DNA from: Myxococcota bacterium
Lineage (GTDB): Bacteria > Myxococcota_A > UBA796 > SXON01
Direction of reading: 5' to 3'
DNA: 64,000 nt
NCBI GenBank assembly: GCA_040386535.1
Contig: JAZKFH010000013.1
Span: 1 to 64,000 of the forward strand
Shown here: positions 53,637-63,232 of the stretch, piece by piece
Layout: the number at the start of each line of letters is the position of its first letter
Numbering within the stretch: the stretch's first letter is position 1
The notes under the pieces: generated by a model
Seen by the model: only the letters and a program-made list of their open reading frames with translations
Databases searched by the model: none
What the model was told of the DNA's origin: nothing
Made by a program: the position numbers and the translations under genes

Positions 53637-53652
53637 GACTGACCGGTCGGTC
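53637..53652. promoter_or_regulatory. 16-bp near-perfect palindrome, TetR-type operator candidate
   Basis: GACTGACCGGTCGGTC in the divergent intergenic region upstream of the desaturase. Confidence 0.5.
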
Positions 53653-53731
53653 TTTCGGATCTTGACGGGGCAAGGGGCGGGTCAGTGCCGGGGCCATTGA
53701 CGCACGCGCCGGGGCGAAGCATCCTGAACGA

Positions 53732-54889
53732 ATGGACGGATACCGCATCCGGCGGGGTGGGTCGGAGAGGACGGTGGCCGGCGAGGCCGCGATACGCGCG
53801 CAGGTCGCGTCGGGAGAGGTGCGCCCGACCGACGAGGTGGCCACGGCCACGGGCTGGATCCGCGTCGATCAACATCCAGTGCTCCGCGCGGCGCTACGGG
53901 GCGCGGATCCCTGGGCGGCCTGGAGCGACGTGGAGAGCGTCGACGCCGCCTCGATCTACCGCAAGATGGTCGACACGCCGGCGCCCGACGAGGTCGCGGA
54001 GCTGCCGAGCGACGCGTTGACCCCGATGTTCGAAGCAAATGGCGGCGAGGTGGAACGGCGCGTCGTCGACCAGAACGAGGACACAGACAAGCCCTACGAG
54101 GTCGAGGCTACCGTCTCCGCCAAGCGGCCGCCGCCGCGCCCACCCGTCGCCATCGAGGCCGTGCGTGCCACGCGCCCCGTCGCGCCCCCGCCCTTCGAGC
54201 TGCCCTCCGATTCCGGCGCCGAGGTCATCAACTTTCCGCGCCAGCGCGCGCCCGCACGCGATCTCGTGCTCCCCCCGTCGTCGCGTCGCCCCAAGGCCCC
54301 GCCGCCCCTCGTGCGCACCTCCCGGGTGGTGTCGATGGTGCTCGTCGGCGTCTTCGCGGTGATGCTCGGCTACGCGTGGATCCGCATGAGCGCCTACACC
54401 GGCGCGGGGGCCGGCACGTTCGAGGCGCGCACCACGCCCGTGGTCCCGAGCGCCGAGGCGATGGCGCCCCCGTCCCCGCTCGTCGAGCTCGACGCGCAGC
54501 TCCGCGCCGACCTGACCCCCCACCCCCGCGACGTGAAAGCGAAGGGGGACCTCTCCAACGCGCTCATGATCGAGCTCTTGCGGCAGCGGCTCGACGTGGT
54601 CGACGCGACCGGCAACGTCACCAAGTGGATCGGCCGGAAGGGCGACGAGCCGAAGATCGCCGAGGTGCGCATCTCCTACCGGAGCGCCGGCGACATGAGC
54701 CGCGAGCTCGGCGCGATCGCGCTCGTGGTGGGGCGCTACAAGCGTTTCTACCGGATGGACGTGCCGGTGTTCGAGGTGACCGAGCTCGGGACGCGCGGCG
54801 TCACGAAGATCGACGCCGAGAAGGCGGAGGCCTACTACCAGGCCCGGCTCACGCTCGAAGGGCTGCTGACCTCGCTGACGGGGCCCTGA
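53732..54889 (+). CDS. single-pass membrane protein with GYF_2-like N-terminal domain
   Basis: IRAQVASGEVRPTDEV...GWIRV; Pro-rich linker; one TM. Confidence 0.65.
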   Translation: MDGYRIRRGGSERTVAGEAAIRAQVASGEVRPTDEVATATGWIRVDQHPVLRAALRGADPWAAWSDVESVDAASIYRKMVDTPAPDEVAELPSDALTPMFEANGGEVERRVVDQNEDTDKPYEVEATVSAKRPPPRPPVAIEAVRATRPVAPPPFELPSDSGAEVINFPRQRAPARDLVLPPSSRRPKAPPPLVRTSRVVSMVLVGVFAVMLGYAWIRMSAYTGAGAGTFEARTTPVVPSAEAMAPPSPLVELDAQLRADLTPHPRDVKAKGDLSNALMIELLRQRLDVVDATGNVTKWIGRKGDEPKIAEVRISYRSAGDMSRELGAIALVVGRYKRFYRMDVPVFEVTELGTRGVTKIDAEKAEAYYQARLTLEGLLTSLTGP

Positions 54890-54907
54890 TCCTCGCGCCG
54901 TCGGGGC

Positions 54908-55438
54908 TCACATCCCCGCGCGCGTCACCTGCTGGAGCGCCTGGACCGAACGCACGATCGCGGCGACGCTCGGGGTGCCCCGGTTGCCGAGCCGGATCTT
55001 CCGTTCGGGGTTCACGAGGTAGACCGTGCGCAGGTACATCGGCGCGGTCGGGATCTGGAGGCAGGACTTGAACTGCCGCGCCACGGAGCCGCCGCGATCG
55101 GTCAGGAGCGGAAAGGTCAGCCCGAGCTCCTTGGCGAACGCCTCGTGGCTCGGCCCCTCGGCGGGGTTGAACGCGTAGATCTTCACGCCCAGCCGCGTGA
55201 AGTCGGCGGCGTGCTCCTGGAACGACGTGAGCTGGACACGATCCTCCTCGCCCCCGTCCTGCGGGTAGAAGACCATCACCGACCAGTGCTTCCCGTGCCG
55301 GTGCCAGGAGTTGTCCCAGCTCTGGAGGTGCCACTCCGGGGCGGTCTCGCCCTCGGGGAGCAGCGTGGGGTACACCCGCTCCTGGATGCCGCGCTTGAGC
55401 GGGGCCGGGAGGCGGGAGAGCGATTGGCGGATGGACAT
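54908..55438 (-). CDS. peroxiredoxin (BCP/AhpC)-fold protein lacking the peroxidatic Cys
   Basis: GETAPEW, VMVFYPQD, SHEAFA..LGLTFPLLTD, RTVYLVN. Confidence 0.75.
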   Translation of the reverse strand: MSIRQSLSRLPAPLKRGIQERVYPTLLPEGETAPEWHLQSWDNSWHRHGKHWSVMVFYPQDGGEEDRVQLTSFQEHAADFTRLGVKIYAFNPAEGPSHEAFAKELGLTFPLLTDRGGSVARQFKSCLQIPTAPMYLRTVYLVNPERKIRLGNRGTPSVAAIVRSVQALQQVTRAGM

Positions 55439-55477
55439 CGGGCGGCCCTCGAGGCCGCTTGGATAGTCACCGAAGCC

Positions 55478-56506
55478 CTAGAGTGCCACCCGCAGCCCGA
55501 GGTGACCGGCGTACGTGTCGTCGAACCCCACGTTCAGGTGGCCGTACACCTTGACCCACAAGACGTTGATCTGGGCGCCGGCGAACACGCGGGGGGTGTA
55601 GAGGGATTCGGCGTCGCCGGAGGAGGCGAGCGTCGCGGACACCGTGCCGATCTGCATCTCGCGCCCCTGGGACGACGCCGTGAGCGGGCCGCCGAGCGAG
55701 GCCTCGCCGCGCGCGTTCGCCTCGCGTCGGATGTCGAGCGCGCCGCCCGCGTACACGCTGACCACGAACACGCGGAGGTTGGTGGAGACCTCGATGGGGA
55801 TGGTGTGGCTGGCCGCCGCGATGTCGAAGGTGCCCTGCGCGTCCCAGCGCAATCCGTCGGTCTCGACGGGCAGCGCCTGGGCGAGGCTGAGCCGGTACGT
55901 CGAGACCTCGTAGCCGCCCGTGACGTCGAGACCGCCCCACTCCACGAGGCCCTCGTGCTCGGGCCGGATGAGCTTGATCTGCACGTGCGCGCCGACGTTG
56001 GAGAGCTCCGCGTCGAACAAACCCGCCGCGCCCTTGGCGTACATGCCGTTGGCCGAGATGACGACCCGACGGAGCACGCTCTCGTCGTCGGCGAGGAAGC
56101 CGAGGTTGAGGCCGGCGTTGGCCGCCGCCTGGAACGCGAAGCCGGCGGTCGGCATCGTGTCGGAGCCGCGCACGAAGGTGAACCCCGCGCCGTTGACCGC
56201 GGTGCCGAGCGCCGCGCCGGCGAAGAAGCGCTGCGGGTTGGACGCGTAGTCCGCGCCCATGCCCTTGGTGGCGAACGCGTTCGCGGTCGCCATCTGGCGG
56301 AGGAAGGCCTCCGGCGCGTCCATTTTGAGGGCGCCGTCCGTGGCGTTCCGGATCTCGGCGCGCACCTGTTCCGGGTCGACCCCCGCCTGCCGCGCGAGGT
56401 CGGGATCGATGACCACGTCGATCTGCTGGCCCCACGCCTGCCCGGGCGCGGCGAGGGCGAGGCCGAGGAGCGGGGCGATCCACTTCCGGGGGGCGTGAGG
56501 GGCCAT
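55478..56506 (-). CDS. exported protein, probable outer-membrane beta-barrel
   Basis: Signal peptide ending QAWG; many amphipathic strands; C-terminal HLGLRVAL. Confidence 0.7.
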   Translation of the reverse strand: MAPHAPRKWIAPLLGLALAAPGQAWGQQIDVVIDPDLARQAGVDPEQVRAEIRNATDGALKMDAPEAFLRQMATANAFATKGMGADYASNPQRFFAGAALGTAVNGAGFTFVRGSDTMPTAGFAFQAAANAGLNLGFLADDESVLRRVVISANGMYAKGAAGLFDAELSNVGAHVQIKLIRPEHEGLVEWGGLDVTGGYEVSTYRLSLAQALPVETDGLRWDAQGTFDIAAASHTIPIEVSTNLRVFVVSVYAGGALDIRREANARGEASLGGPLTASSQGREMQIGTVSATLASSGDAESLYTPRVFAGAQINVLWVKVYGHLNVGFDDTYAGHLGLRVAL

Positions 56507-56582
56507 CCCGGGATCATGCCCCGTCTCGTCCAGAAGCGCGAGCGCGAGCGCAGGGGCGCGAAAGCCTCCGGCGCGGCGCCGT

Positions 56583-58307
56583 TCAGGCCGGGTGCGCGCG
56601 CCGCCACGCCGCGAGCGCTACGAGCGCCCACTGCTGCCGGGCGGGCTGCCCGGGGCCGAGGAGACGGCGAACGTCCTCCGCGGGGACCAGGTCGGCCACC
56701 ATCTCCTGCACGCCCGCGAGGAGCGCGCCGTCCTCCAGCCACGCCTCGATCGGCAGGGTCATCCCGCGGTGGTCCGGGGGAGGGCCGTCGAGGCGCTCCG
56801 CGAGCCCCTCGACGAAGAGACCGCGCGGGCGCCGCACCTGGACGAGGTGGCCGACGGGCATCGACCCCACGAGCTTGACCAGGTGGGGATCGGCGAAGGG
56901 GCTCTGCGCGCGGACACCGTGCGCGGCGGTGACGCGGTCGAGCACGGCGAGGCCGCGCTCGGCATCCAGCCGGCGGTCGAGCCACAAGGAGCGGCCGGTC
57001 GGATCGCCCTCGGGCGCCTGTTCGGTCAACAAATCGACGCCGTCCCAGCACGAGCTGTCCGAATCGATCTCGGGGCGCCGGCGCAGGTACCGGTGGGCCC
57101 AGGGCTCGCCGCCGAAGCGCTCGACGCCCGCGCGCGCGGCGCGGCCGAAGAAGCCGATGCCGGGCACCGAGGCGGCGCGTTCGGCCAGCGGCACGGGCGG
57201 GCCGCCGTAGAGCCCGGCGCCGCCGACGCCGGTGAGGAGCACCTCGGCCGACCGGTCGGCCGCGGCGCGGGCGAGGACGTAGAGGCCCAGCGCCTCGGGC
57301 GTGAGCAGCGGCTCGCCGAGCGCGCCGATCTCGGCGAGCAGCGCGGGGACCTCCGCCGCGGTGATCGTGAGGGGGACGTGCTCCGCGTTGCAGCGGGCCG
57401 CGATCTGGGCGGCGCGCTCGCGCTCGTCGCCCGGGCCGTCCGCTCCGACGGTGAACGCGAGCACGCGTCCGCGCCGCCGCGCCGCGGTCCCAAGCAGGAG
57501 GGCCTCGGCGTAGAGGCCGCCGGACAAGGCGACGGCGACCGGGGCATCGACCGCGACGCGCTGCTGCACCGCGAGCTCGGTGGAGAAGCGCAGACTGCGG
57601 GCCCACCGGTAGCGCGCACCGTCGGCGCCGGGCGGGTTGGCCGAGTCCTCCCACCAGCGCGTGATCGCCGGCGCGCCGCCGGACCACACGAGCCGCTCGC
57701 CTGGGGCGAGCTTGTGGACGCCGCGCCACGGCGTACGCGGCGGCAACGACGCGCCGAGCGCGAGCGCTTCCCGATGCGCGTCCCGGTCGGGCGTGCGATC
57801 GACCCCGCCGTGCGCGAGGAGCGCCGCGGGCTCGCTCGCGACCAGCACCGTGCCGTCGGCAAGCGCCGCCCAGTGCAACGGGCGCTGCCCGGAGCGATCG
57901 CGCACCGCGTGGAGGCAGCGCGTGTGGCTGTCCCACGCGATCAGCGCGACGTCACCAGTGAGGCGTTCGAGCCCGGCTTCGAGGCCACGCGCCGCGAACA
58001 GGCATGCGACGATGCCGGCCGAGGACGCGGCTTCGGGGCTCTCGCCCCACGCGTGGAACTCTGCGAGCAGCGTCCGCGCGTTCAGGAGCTCGCCGTCCGT
58101 CGCGACGCACCAGCGCCCGGAGGGGTCCCAGGCGGGGTTGGCGCCTACCTCACCGGGCGCGCGCACCGTCGTGGCGAGCGCGCCGTCGGGGAAGTCCACC
58201 GCGACGCGCGCGTCCGGACCGCGGGCGTCGAGCGCGCGGATCATGCGAGGAAAAGGTGTGCGATCGGGCGGCCCGGACACACGAAACAGTCCGGCCAGGC
58301 CGCTCAT
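56583..58307 (-). CDS. asparagine synthetase B-like protein with degenerate catalytic motifs
   Basis: MSGLAG, RGPD, DGELLN, RDRSGQRPLH, ALSGGLY, LTGVGG, SPFAD. Confidence 0.8.
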   Translation of the reverse strand: MSGLAGLFRVSGPPDRTPFPRMIRALDARGPDARVAVDFPDGALATTVRAPGEVGANPAWDPSGRWCVATDGELLNARTLLAEFHAWGESPEAASSAGIVACLFAARGLEAGLERLTGDVALIAWDSHTRCLHAVRDRSGQRPLHWAALADGTVLVASEPAALLAHGGVDRTPDRDAHREALALGASLPPRTPWRGVHKLAPGERLVWSGGAPAITRWWEDSANPPGADGARYRWARSLRFSTELAVQQRVAVDAPVAVALSGGLYAEALLLGTAARRRGRVLAFTVGADGPGDERERAAQIAARCNAEHVPLTITAAEVPALLAEIGALGEPLLTPEALGLYVLARAAADRSAEVLLTGVGGAGLYGGPPVPLAERAASVPGIGFFGRAARAGVERFGGEPWAHRYLRRRPEIDSDSSCWDGVDLLTEQAPEGDPTGRSLWLDRRLDAERGLAVLDRVTAAHGVRAQSPFADPHLVKLVGSMPVGHLVQVRRPRGLFVEGLAERLDGPPPDHRGMTLPIEAWLEDGALLAGVQEMVADLVPAEDVRRLLGPGQPARQQWALVALAAWRRAHPA

Positions 58308-58316
58308 CGAGCCGCT

Positions 58317-59087
58317 CTACTTGCTGGGGGGCACGGCGGCCGGCGCGGCCGGCGGGGCGCCCATCGAGCCCGGGGGGCCGCCCGCGGGCGGCGCGCCGGC
58401 GGGAGCCGCGCCACCGGGGGGCAGCTCGCCGGGCTTCATCTCGCCGCCAGGGACGCCACCGGCGCCGGGGGGGCCACCGGGCGCGCCGGGCGCGGTCTCG
58501 CCGTCCTTGCCGCCCGGCTTCAGGTCGCCGAGCTCGGGGTTGTCGGACAAGGTGAGATCGAGGCCCGTGATCGGCGTGGAGCCGACCTTGACCAGGTCCT
58601 TCACCCGCGCGGCGGGCTCCCCGGGATCGGGGCCGTTGCCGTTCGCGTCGAGGAACGAGACCACCCAGTACTCGCCGCCGTCCTTGGGGGCCTCGACCTC
58701 CCAGGGGCCGGCCGCAGCGAGCTCGACGGAGTGCACCAGATCGGGGAAGTTGGCCTGCGCCGACTGCTGCAGGAAGTCGATCCGCACGGTGCCGGTCTTG
58801 GAGCCGGCGTAGGTGATGACGCCCGAGAGCTTCACGCCCTCGCCCGCGGTGACCTTGAAGCCGGGGGCCGTGGGGCGGCCGCCGGGGCCACCCGCGCCGC
58901 CCGCGCCACCTTCGCCGCCCGGACCACCGGGGGGGCCGCCCTGGCCGGGGCCGCCGGCCTGACCGGGGTCACCACCGGGTGCGCCGCCGCCCATCGGCTT
59001 GTCGGACATGCCGCCGCCTTCAGGCGCGGCCGTGGGATCGGGGCATCCGCCCAGGACGAGGAGGACGGGGAGTAGACGTGCCAGCAT
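58317..59087 (-). CDS. Pro/Gly-rich lipoprotein
   Basis: Lipobox LGGC; PG-rich termini flanking a beta domain with a DANGNG loop. Confidence 0.75.
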   Translation of the reverse strand: MLARLLPVLLVLGGCPDPTAAPEGGGMSDKPMGGGAPGGDPGQAGGPGQGGPPGGPGGEGGAGGAGGPGGRPTAPGFKVTAGEGVKLSGVITYAGSKTGTVRIDFLQQSAQANFPDLVHSVELAAAGPWEVEAPKDGGEYWVVSFLDANGNGPDPGEPAARVKDLVKVGSTPITGLDLTLSDNPELGDLKPGGKDGETAPGAPGGPPGAGGVPGGEMKPGELPPGGAAPAGAPPAGGPPGSMGAPPAAPAAVPPSK

Positions 59088-59174
59088 GCGGACTCCGATA
59101 CGGTGCGGTGCGCGCACTGCATACAAGAGGGGGTGCCTTCGCGTCAATGGGTCACCCTCGCGTCGAGACGGGCG

Positions 59175-59204
59175 TTGACACGCGCGTCGTCGGCGCGGTA
59201 TTCC
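59175..59204 (+). promoter_or_regulatory. putative sigma70 promoter of the BMC operon
   Basis: TTGACA-N18-TATTCC about 60 nt upstream of the first shell gene. Confidence 0.5.
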
Positions 59205-59262
59205 ACGGGGCCCGCTGCCCGGCCCGTCCGCGCGTGGGTGCCCCGTCCCCAGAGGAGTCCCG

Positions 59263-59877
59263 GTGTCCGTCACGCTTCGCAGCTACGTGTTCCTCGACAG
59301 CCTGCAGCCGCAGCTCGCCGCGTTCACGGGCACGACCGCCAAGGGCTTCCTTCCGCTGGCGGGCATGGCGTCCTTGTGGGTGGAGACCGCGCCCGGAATG
59401 ATCATCAACCGCGTGACCGACGTGGCCCTCAAGGCCACCGCCGCGGTGCCCGCGGTCCAGGTGGTCGAGCGCGCGTTCGGCCTGCTCGAGCTGCATCACG
59501 ACGACAAGGGCGAGGTGCAGGCCGCGGGGGACGCGATCCTGTCCTTCCTGAAGCTGCAGGCGAACCAGTACACGCCGCCCAAGGTGACCTCCAACCAGAT
59601 CATCCGCGCGGTCGAGCCCTTCCAGGCGCAGCTCATCAACCGCAACCGCAGCGGCATGATGCTCCTCCCCGGCCAGAGCCTCTTCATCCTGGAGACCGAG
59701 CCCGCCGCGTGGATCGTGCTCGCGGCGAACGAGGCGGAGAAGGCGGCGCGCGTGAACCTCATCAACATGCAGCCCTACGGCGCCTTCGGGCGCTTGTGGA
59801 TGGCGGGCACCGAGGCCGAGATCGACTGCGCGGCCGCCGCCGCGATCGCCGCCATCGAGGGCACGCGCCCGACGTAG
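59263..59877 (+). CDS. microcompartment trimeric shell protein (BMC-T, permuted CsoS1D/CcmP-like)
   Basis: [35 protein letters not shown]. Confidence 0.88.
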   Translation: MSVTLRSYVFLDSLQPQLAAFTGTTAKGFLPLAGMASLWVETAPGMIINRVTDVALKATAAVPAVQVVERAFGLLELHHDDKGEVQAAGDAILSFLKLQANQYTPPKVTSNQIIRAVEPFQAQLINRNRSGMMLLPGQSLFILETEPAAWIVLAANEAEKAARVNLINMQPYGAFGRLWMAGTEAEIDCAAAAAIAAIEGTRPT

Positions 59878-59970
59878 AAAGCGTCGGCGCTGCTCGGCAT
59901 CTGTTCTGCTTGATCCTTATTGTCCGACCCTTTCAGTTTGACCCTGTGACCCTGATTTGGAGACGTGGAA

Positions 59971-60264
59971 ATGTCTGACGCGCTGGGAATGATCGAGACC
60001 AAGGGCTTCGTCGCCATGGTCGAAGCCGCGGACGCGATGGTGAAGGCCGCGCGCGTGGAGCTCGTGGGCTACGAGAAGACCGGTGGTGGCTACGTGACCG
60101 CCATCGTGCGCGGCGACGTCGCGGCGGTGAAGGCCGCGACCGAGGCCGGCGCCCGCCAGGCGCAGCGCATCGGCGAGCTCGTGTCGGTGCACGTCATCCC
60201 GCGCCCGCACGAGAACATCGACATGGTGCTCCCGCTCGGCCGCAAGTCCGACGCGGCGAAGTAG
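59971..60264 (+). CDS. microcompartment hexameric shell protein (BMC-H)
   Basis: [32 protein letters not shown]. Confidence 0.96.
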   Translation: MSDALGMIETKGFVAMVEAADAMVKAARVELVGYEKTGGGYVTAIVRGDVAAVKAATEAGARQAQRIGELVSVHVIPRPHENIDMVLPLGRKSDAAK

Positions 60265-60270
60265 CTCGCC

Positions 60271-60567
60271 ATGAAGCTCGGCAGGGTGGTCGGGACCGTC
60301 GTCGCTTCCCGCAAGGACGAGAAGCTCGAGGGGTTGCGCCTCTACATGGTGCAGGATCTCTCGCTCGGCATCGCCGGGCGGGACTCCTTCGTCGTGGCCG
60401 TCGACTCGGTCGGAGCCGGCGTGAACGAGGTCGTGCTCTACGCCTCCGGATCGAGCGCGCGCCAGACCCGCGAGACGGACGGCCGCCCCGTCGATGCCGT
60501 GATCATGGCCATCGTCGACACTGTCGAGGTCAACGGCGCCGTCGCCTACGACAAGTCCGGGGACTGA
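60271..60567 (+). CDS. microcompartment vertex protein (BMC-P, EutN/CcmL family)
   Basis: [34 protein letters not shown]. Confidence 0.93.
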   Translation: MKLGRVVGTVVASRKDEKLEGLRLYMVQDLSLGIAGRDSFVVAVDSVGAGVNEVVLYASGSSARQTRETDGRPVDAVIMAIVDTVEVNGAVAYDKSGD

Positions 60568-60570
60568 TCC

Positions 60571-62007
60571 ATGGAACGCCAGCAGATCGAGTCCCTGGTC
60601 GAGAAGGTGCTGGCCCGCTTGCAGGCCGGCGACTCCTCCGGGGCCTCCCAGAACGGGGCCTCCCAGAAGGGCGCCGCCGCCGAGCCGCCGAGCAAGCCGC
60701 ACGGCGTCTACAAGTCCGTGTCCGACGCCGTGGGCGCCGCGCGTCTCGCGCAGCTCACGCTCGCGGCGCTCCCGCTCGAGAAGCGGCGCGAGATCATCGC
60801 GAACATCCGCCGTCGCTGCGCGGAAGACGTGCTGGCGCTCTCGCGCATGGCGGTCGCGGAGACCGGCCTCGGCCGGGTCGAGGACAAGGTCAAGAAGAAC
60901 CTCCTCGTCATCCATCGCACGCCCGGGCCCGAGATCCTCGAGCCCATCGCGTACACCGGTGACGACGGGCTCACGCTCATCGAGCGCGCGCCCTACGGGG
61001 TCATCGCGGCCATCACGCCGACGACCAACCCCACCGAGACCATCATCTGCAACGGCATCGGCATGGTGTCCGGCGCCAACACGGTGGTGTTCAACACCCA
61101 CCCCTCCGCCAAGGGGGTGAGCGCCTACACGATCGATCTGATCAACCGCGCGTCGATGGAGGTCGGCGGGCCCGACGACATCATGACGTGTATCGCCAGC
61201 CCGACCATCGAGTCCGCCAACGAGCTGCTCCGGTTCCCCGGCATCCGGCTCAACGTCGTGACCGGCGGCCCCGCGGTGGTGAAGGCGGCGCTCGCCGCCA
61301 ACAAGAAGGCGATCTGTGGCGGCCCGGGCAACCCCCCGGTGGTGGTCGACGAGACCGCCGACATCGACCAGGCGGCGCGCGGCATCATCGCGGGCGCCAG
61401 CTTCGACAACAACATCATCTGTTGTGACGAGAAAGAGGTGTTCGTCGTCGAGAAGGTGGCCGACAAGCTGCTCGACACGATGGACCGCGCGGGCGCCGTG
61501 CGCCTCCGCAACCACCAGATCACGCGCCTGATGAAGCTGGTGCTCACGCCGGACGGCGAGCACGTCAACAGCAAGTGGGTCGGCAAGAACGCCAGCCAGT
61601 ACCTGCGCGAGATCGACGTGCCGTTCCAAGGCGATCCGCGCCTCATCACGTGTGAGGTCCCGTTCGATCACCCGTTCGTGCAGCACGAGCTCCTCATGCC
61701 CATCATGGGCGTGGTGCGCGTGAAGGACGTGCACGAGGGCATCGACATGGCGATCCGGGCGGAGCACGGCTTCGGCCACACCGCGTCGATGTACAGCAAG
61801 AACATCGACTCGTTGCACCGCATGGCGCGCGCCGCGAACGTCTCCATCTTCGTGAAGAACGCCCCCAACTACGCCGGCCTCGGCTTCGGCGGCGAGGGCT
61901 ACACCAGCTTCACGATCGCGTCGCCCACCGGCGAGGGCCTCACGACCGCCCGCAACTTCACCCGTGAGCGCCGCTGTACGTTGGCGGGCCACTTCAGGAT
62001 TGTGTGA
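60571..62007 (+). CDS. CoA-acylating aldehyde dehydrogenase (EutE/PduP-like) with N-terminal encapsulation peptide
   Basis: QIESLVEKVLARL plus linker; PTTNP, TGGPAVV, SFDNNIIC, ELLMP, GGEG. Confidence 0.92.
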   Translation: MERQQIESLVEKVLARLQAGDSSGASQNGASQKGAAAEPPSKPHGVYKSVSDAVGAARLAQLTLAALPLEKRREIIANIRRRCAEDVLALSRMAVAETGLGRVEDKVKKNLLVIHRTPGPEILEPIAYTGDDGLTLIERAPYGVIAAITPTTNPTETIICNGIGMVSGANTVVFNTHPSAKGVSAYTIDLINRASMEVGGPDDIMTCIASPTIESANELLRFPGIRLNVVTGGPAVVKAALAANKKAICGGPGNPPVVVDETADIDQAARGIIAGASFDNNIICCDEKEVFVVEKVADKLLDTMDRAGAVRLRNHQITRLMKLVLTPDGEHVNSKWVGKNASQYLREIDVPFQGDPRLITCEVPFDHPFVQHELLMPIMGVVRVKDVHEGIDMAIRAEHGFGHTASMYSKNIDSLHRMARAANVSIFVKNAPNYAGLGFGGEGYTSFTIASPTGEGLTTARNFTRERRCTLAGHFRIV

Positions 62008-62016
62008 AGGCGCGAA

Positions 62017-62604
62017 TTGGCTGACGCGACCCTGATGGACGCCCTCGCGCTCCTCGAGATCGACTCGATCGCGCGGGGCTACCGCGTGCTCGACGCGATG
62101 GTGAAGGAGTCGCCGATCACGGTCGTGGCGGCGAACCTAGTGGAGCCCGGCAAGTACCTGATCCTCTTCGGGGGAGGCGTCGCCGAGGTCGACGCCGCCT
62201 ACAAGATCGGGCTCGACGTGGCGGCGGACACCGTGGTCGACCGCGTGTTCCTGCCCGGGGTCCATCCCCGCATCTGGACCGCGCTCGCCGGCGTGCGGAT
62301 CTCCCAGGACATCGACACCATCGGCATCATCGAGTCGTCGTCGGTCGCGGGCGTCATCGAGGCGGCGGATCGCAGCTTGAAGGAGGCCCACGTGGCGCTG
62401 CTCGGGCTTCGCGTGGCACCGGGGCTCGGCGGCAAGGGCTTCTACGTGGTGGATGGCCAGCAGTACGACGTTGAGGCGGCGATAGAGGCCGGCACCGCCG
62501 TGCTCGAGGGCCGCGGCCGGCTCGTCCGCGCGGAGCGCATCGCGCGTCCCCACCCCGACTTCCTCGCGCACCTGTTGCGCCCCGCGCCTTTCGGAGGGTC
62601 CTGA
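62017..62604 (+). CDS. tandem BMC shell protein (BMC-T, PduT-like); start may be ATG 62035
   Basis: LLEIDSIARG..DAMVK, PGKY, AADRSLK, GLGGKG, IARPH. Confidence 0.88.
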   Translation: MADATLMDALALLEIDSIARGYRVLDAMVKESPITVVAANLVEPGKYLILFGGGVAEVDAAYKIGLDVAADTVVDRVFLPGVHPRIWTALAGVRISQDIDTIGIIESSSVAGVIEAADRSLKEAHVALLGLRVAPGLGGKGFYVVDGQQYDVEAAIEAGTAVLEGRGRLVRAERIARPHPDFLAHLLRPAPFGGS

Positions 62605-62900
62605 TGCAGCTCGCGCGCGTGCTCGGCTCCGTCGTCGCCACCATCAAGCACGAGAGCCTCGTCGGGGTTCGCCTGCTGCTGATCCAGCCGCAGGACGAGA
62701 ACGGCGTCCACGACGGCGACCCGATCGTGGCCGCTGACGCGCTCCAGGCCGGCACCGGGGACCTCGTGGAGTGGACCACGGGCCGCGAGGCCGCGTTGAC
62801 CCTGCCCGACACCTACTCCCCGGTCGACACCGCGGTGGTGTCGATCGTCGACCACGCCTGGAGCGACAAGAGGTACCTCGGTTCGAAGGAGGGGGGATGA
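62604..62900 (+). CDS. BMC-P vertex protein
   Basis: ARVLGSVVATIKH, AG.GDLV, GREA, SIVD. Confidence 0.9.
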   Translation: MQLARVLGSVVATIKHESLVGVRLLLIQPQDENGVHDGDPIVAADALQAGTGDLVEWTTGREAALTLPDTYSPVDTAVVSIVDHAWSDKRYLGSKEGG

Positions 62901-63172
62901 TCCTCGGTCGTGTCATCGGCAACGTCGTGAGCACGGTCAAGCACCCGTGCTTCGAGGGCCGCAGCGTGCTCATCGTCCAGCCGGTGCTCCCCGACGGCCA
63001 CACGCCCAAGGGCGCCAGCTTCCTCTCGGTGGACAGCGTGCAGGCCGGCGTGGGTGACCTCGTCCTCGCCGCGCGCGAAGGCAACACCGCCCGCCAGATC
63101 CTCGGCAGTGACGCGGATCCGCTGCACTCGGTGATCCTCGCGATCGTGGACATGGTCACGCACGAGGCCTAG
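62897..63172 (+). CDS. BMC-P vertex protein
   Basis: GRVIGNVVSTVKH, DSVQAGVGD, EGNTAR, AIVD; ATGA overlap. Confidence 0.9.
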   Translation: MILGRVIGNVVSTVKHPCFEGRSVLIVQPVLPDGHTPKGASFLSVDSVQAGVGDLVLAAREGNTARQILGSDADPLHSVILAIVDMVTHEA

Positions 63173-63232
63173 CGGCCAGAGGAGCGCCCGATTCGACGGC
63201 GACCGGGCTACCATGGGGGCGGAGGAGCCCGC

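Noticed and set aside
56583..59087. Lasso-peptide cluster around the AsnB-like gene
   Set aside because: No precursor, RRE or B2 protease seen, and the ATP-binding motif is degenerate.
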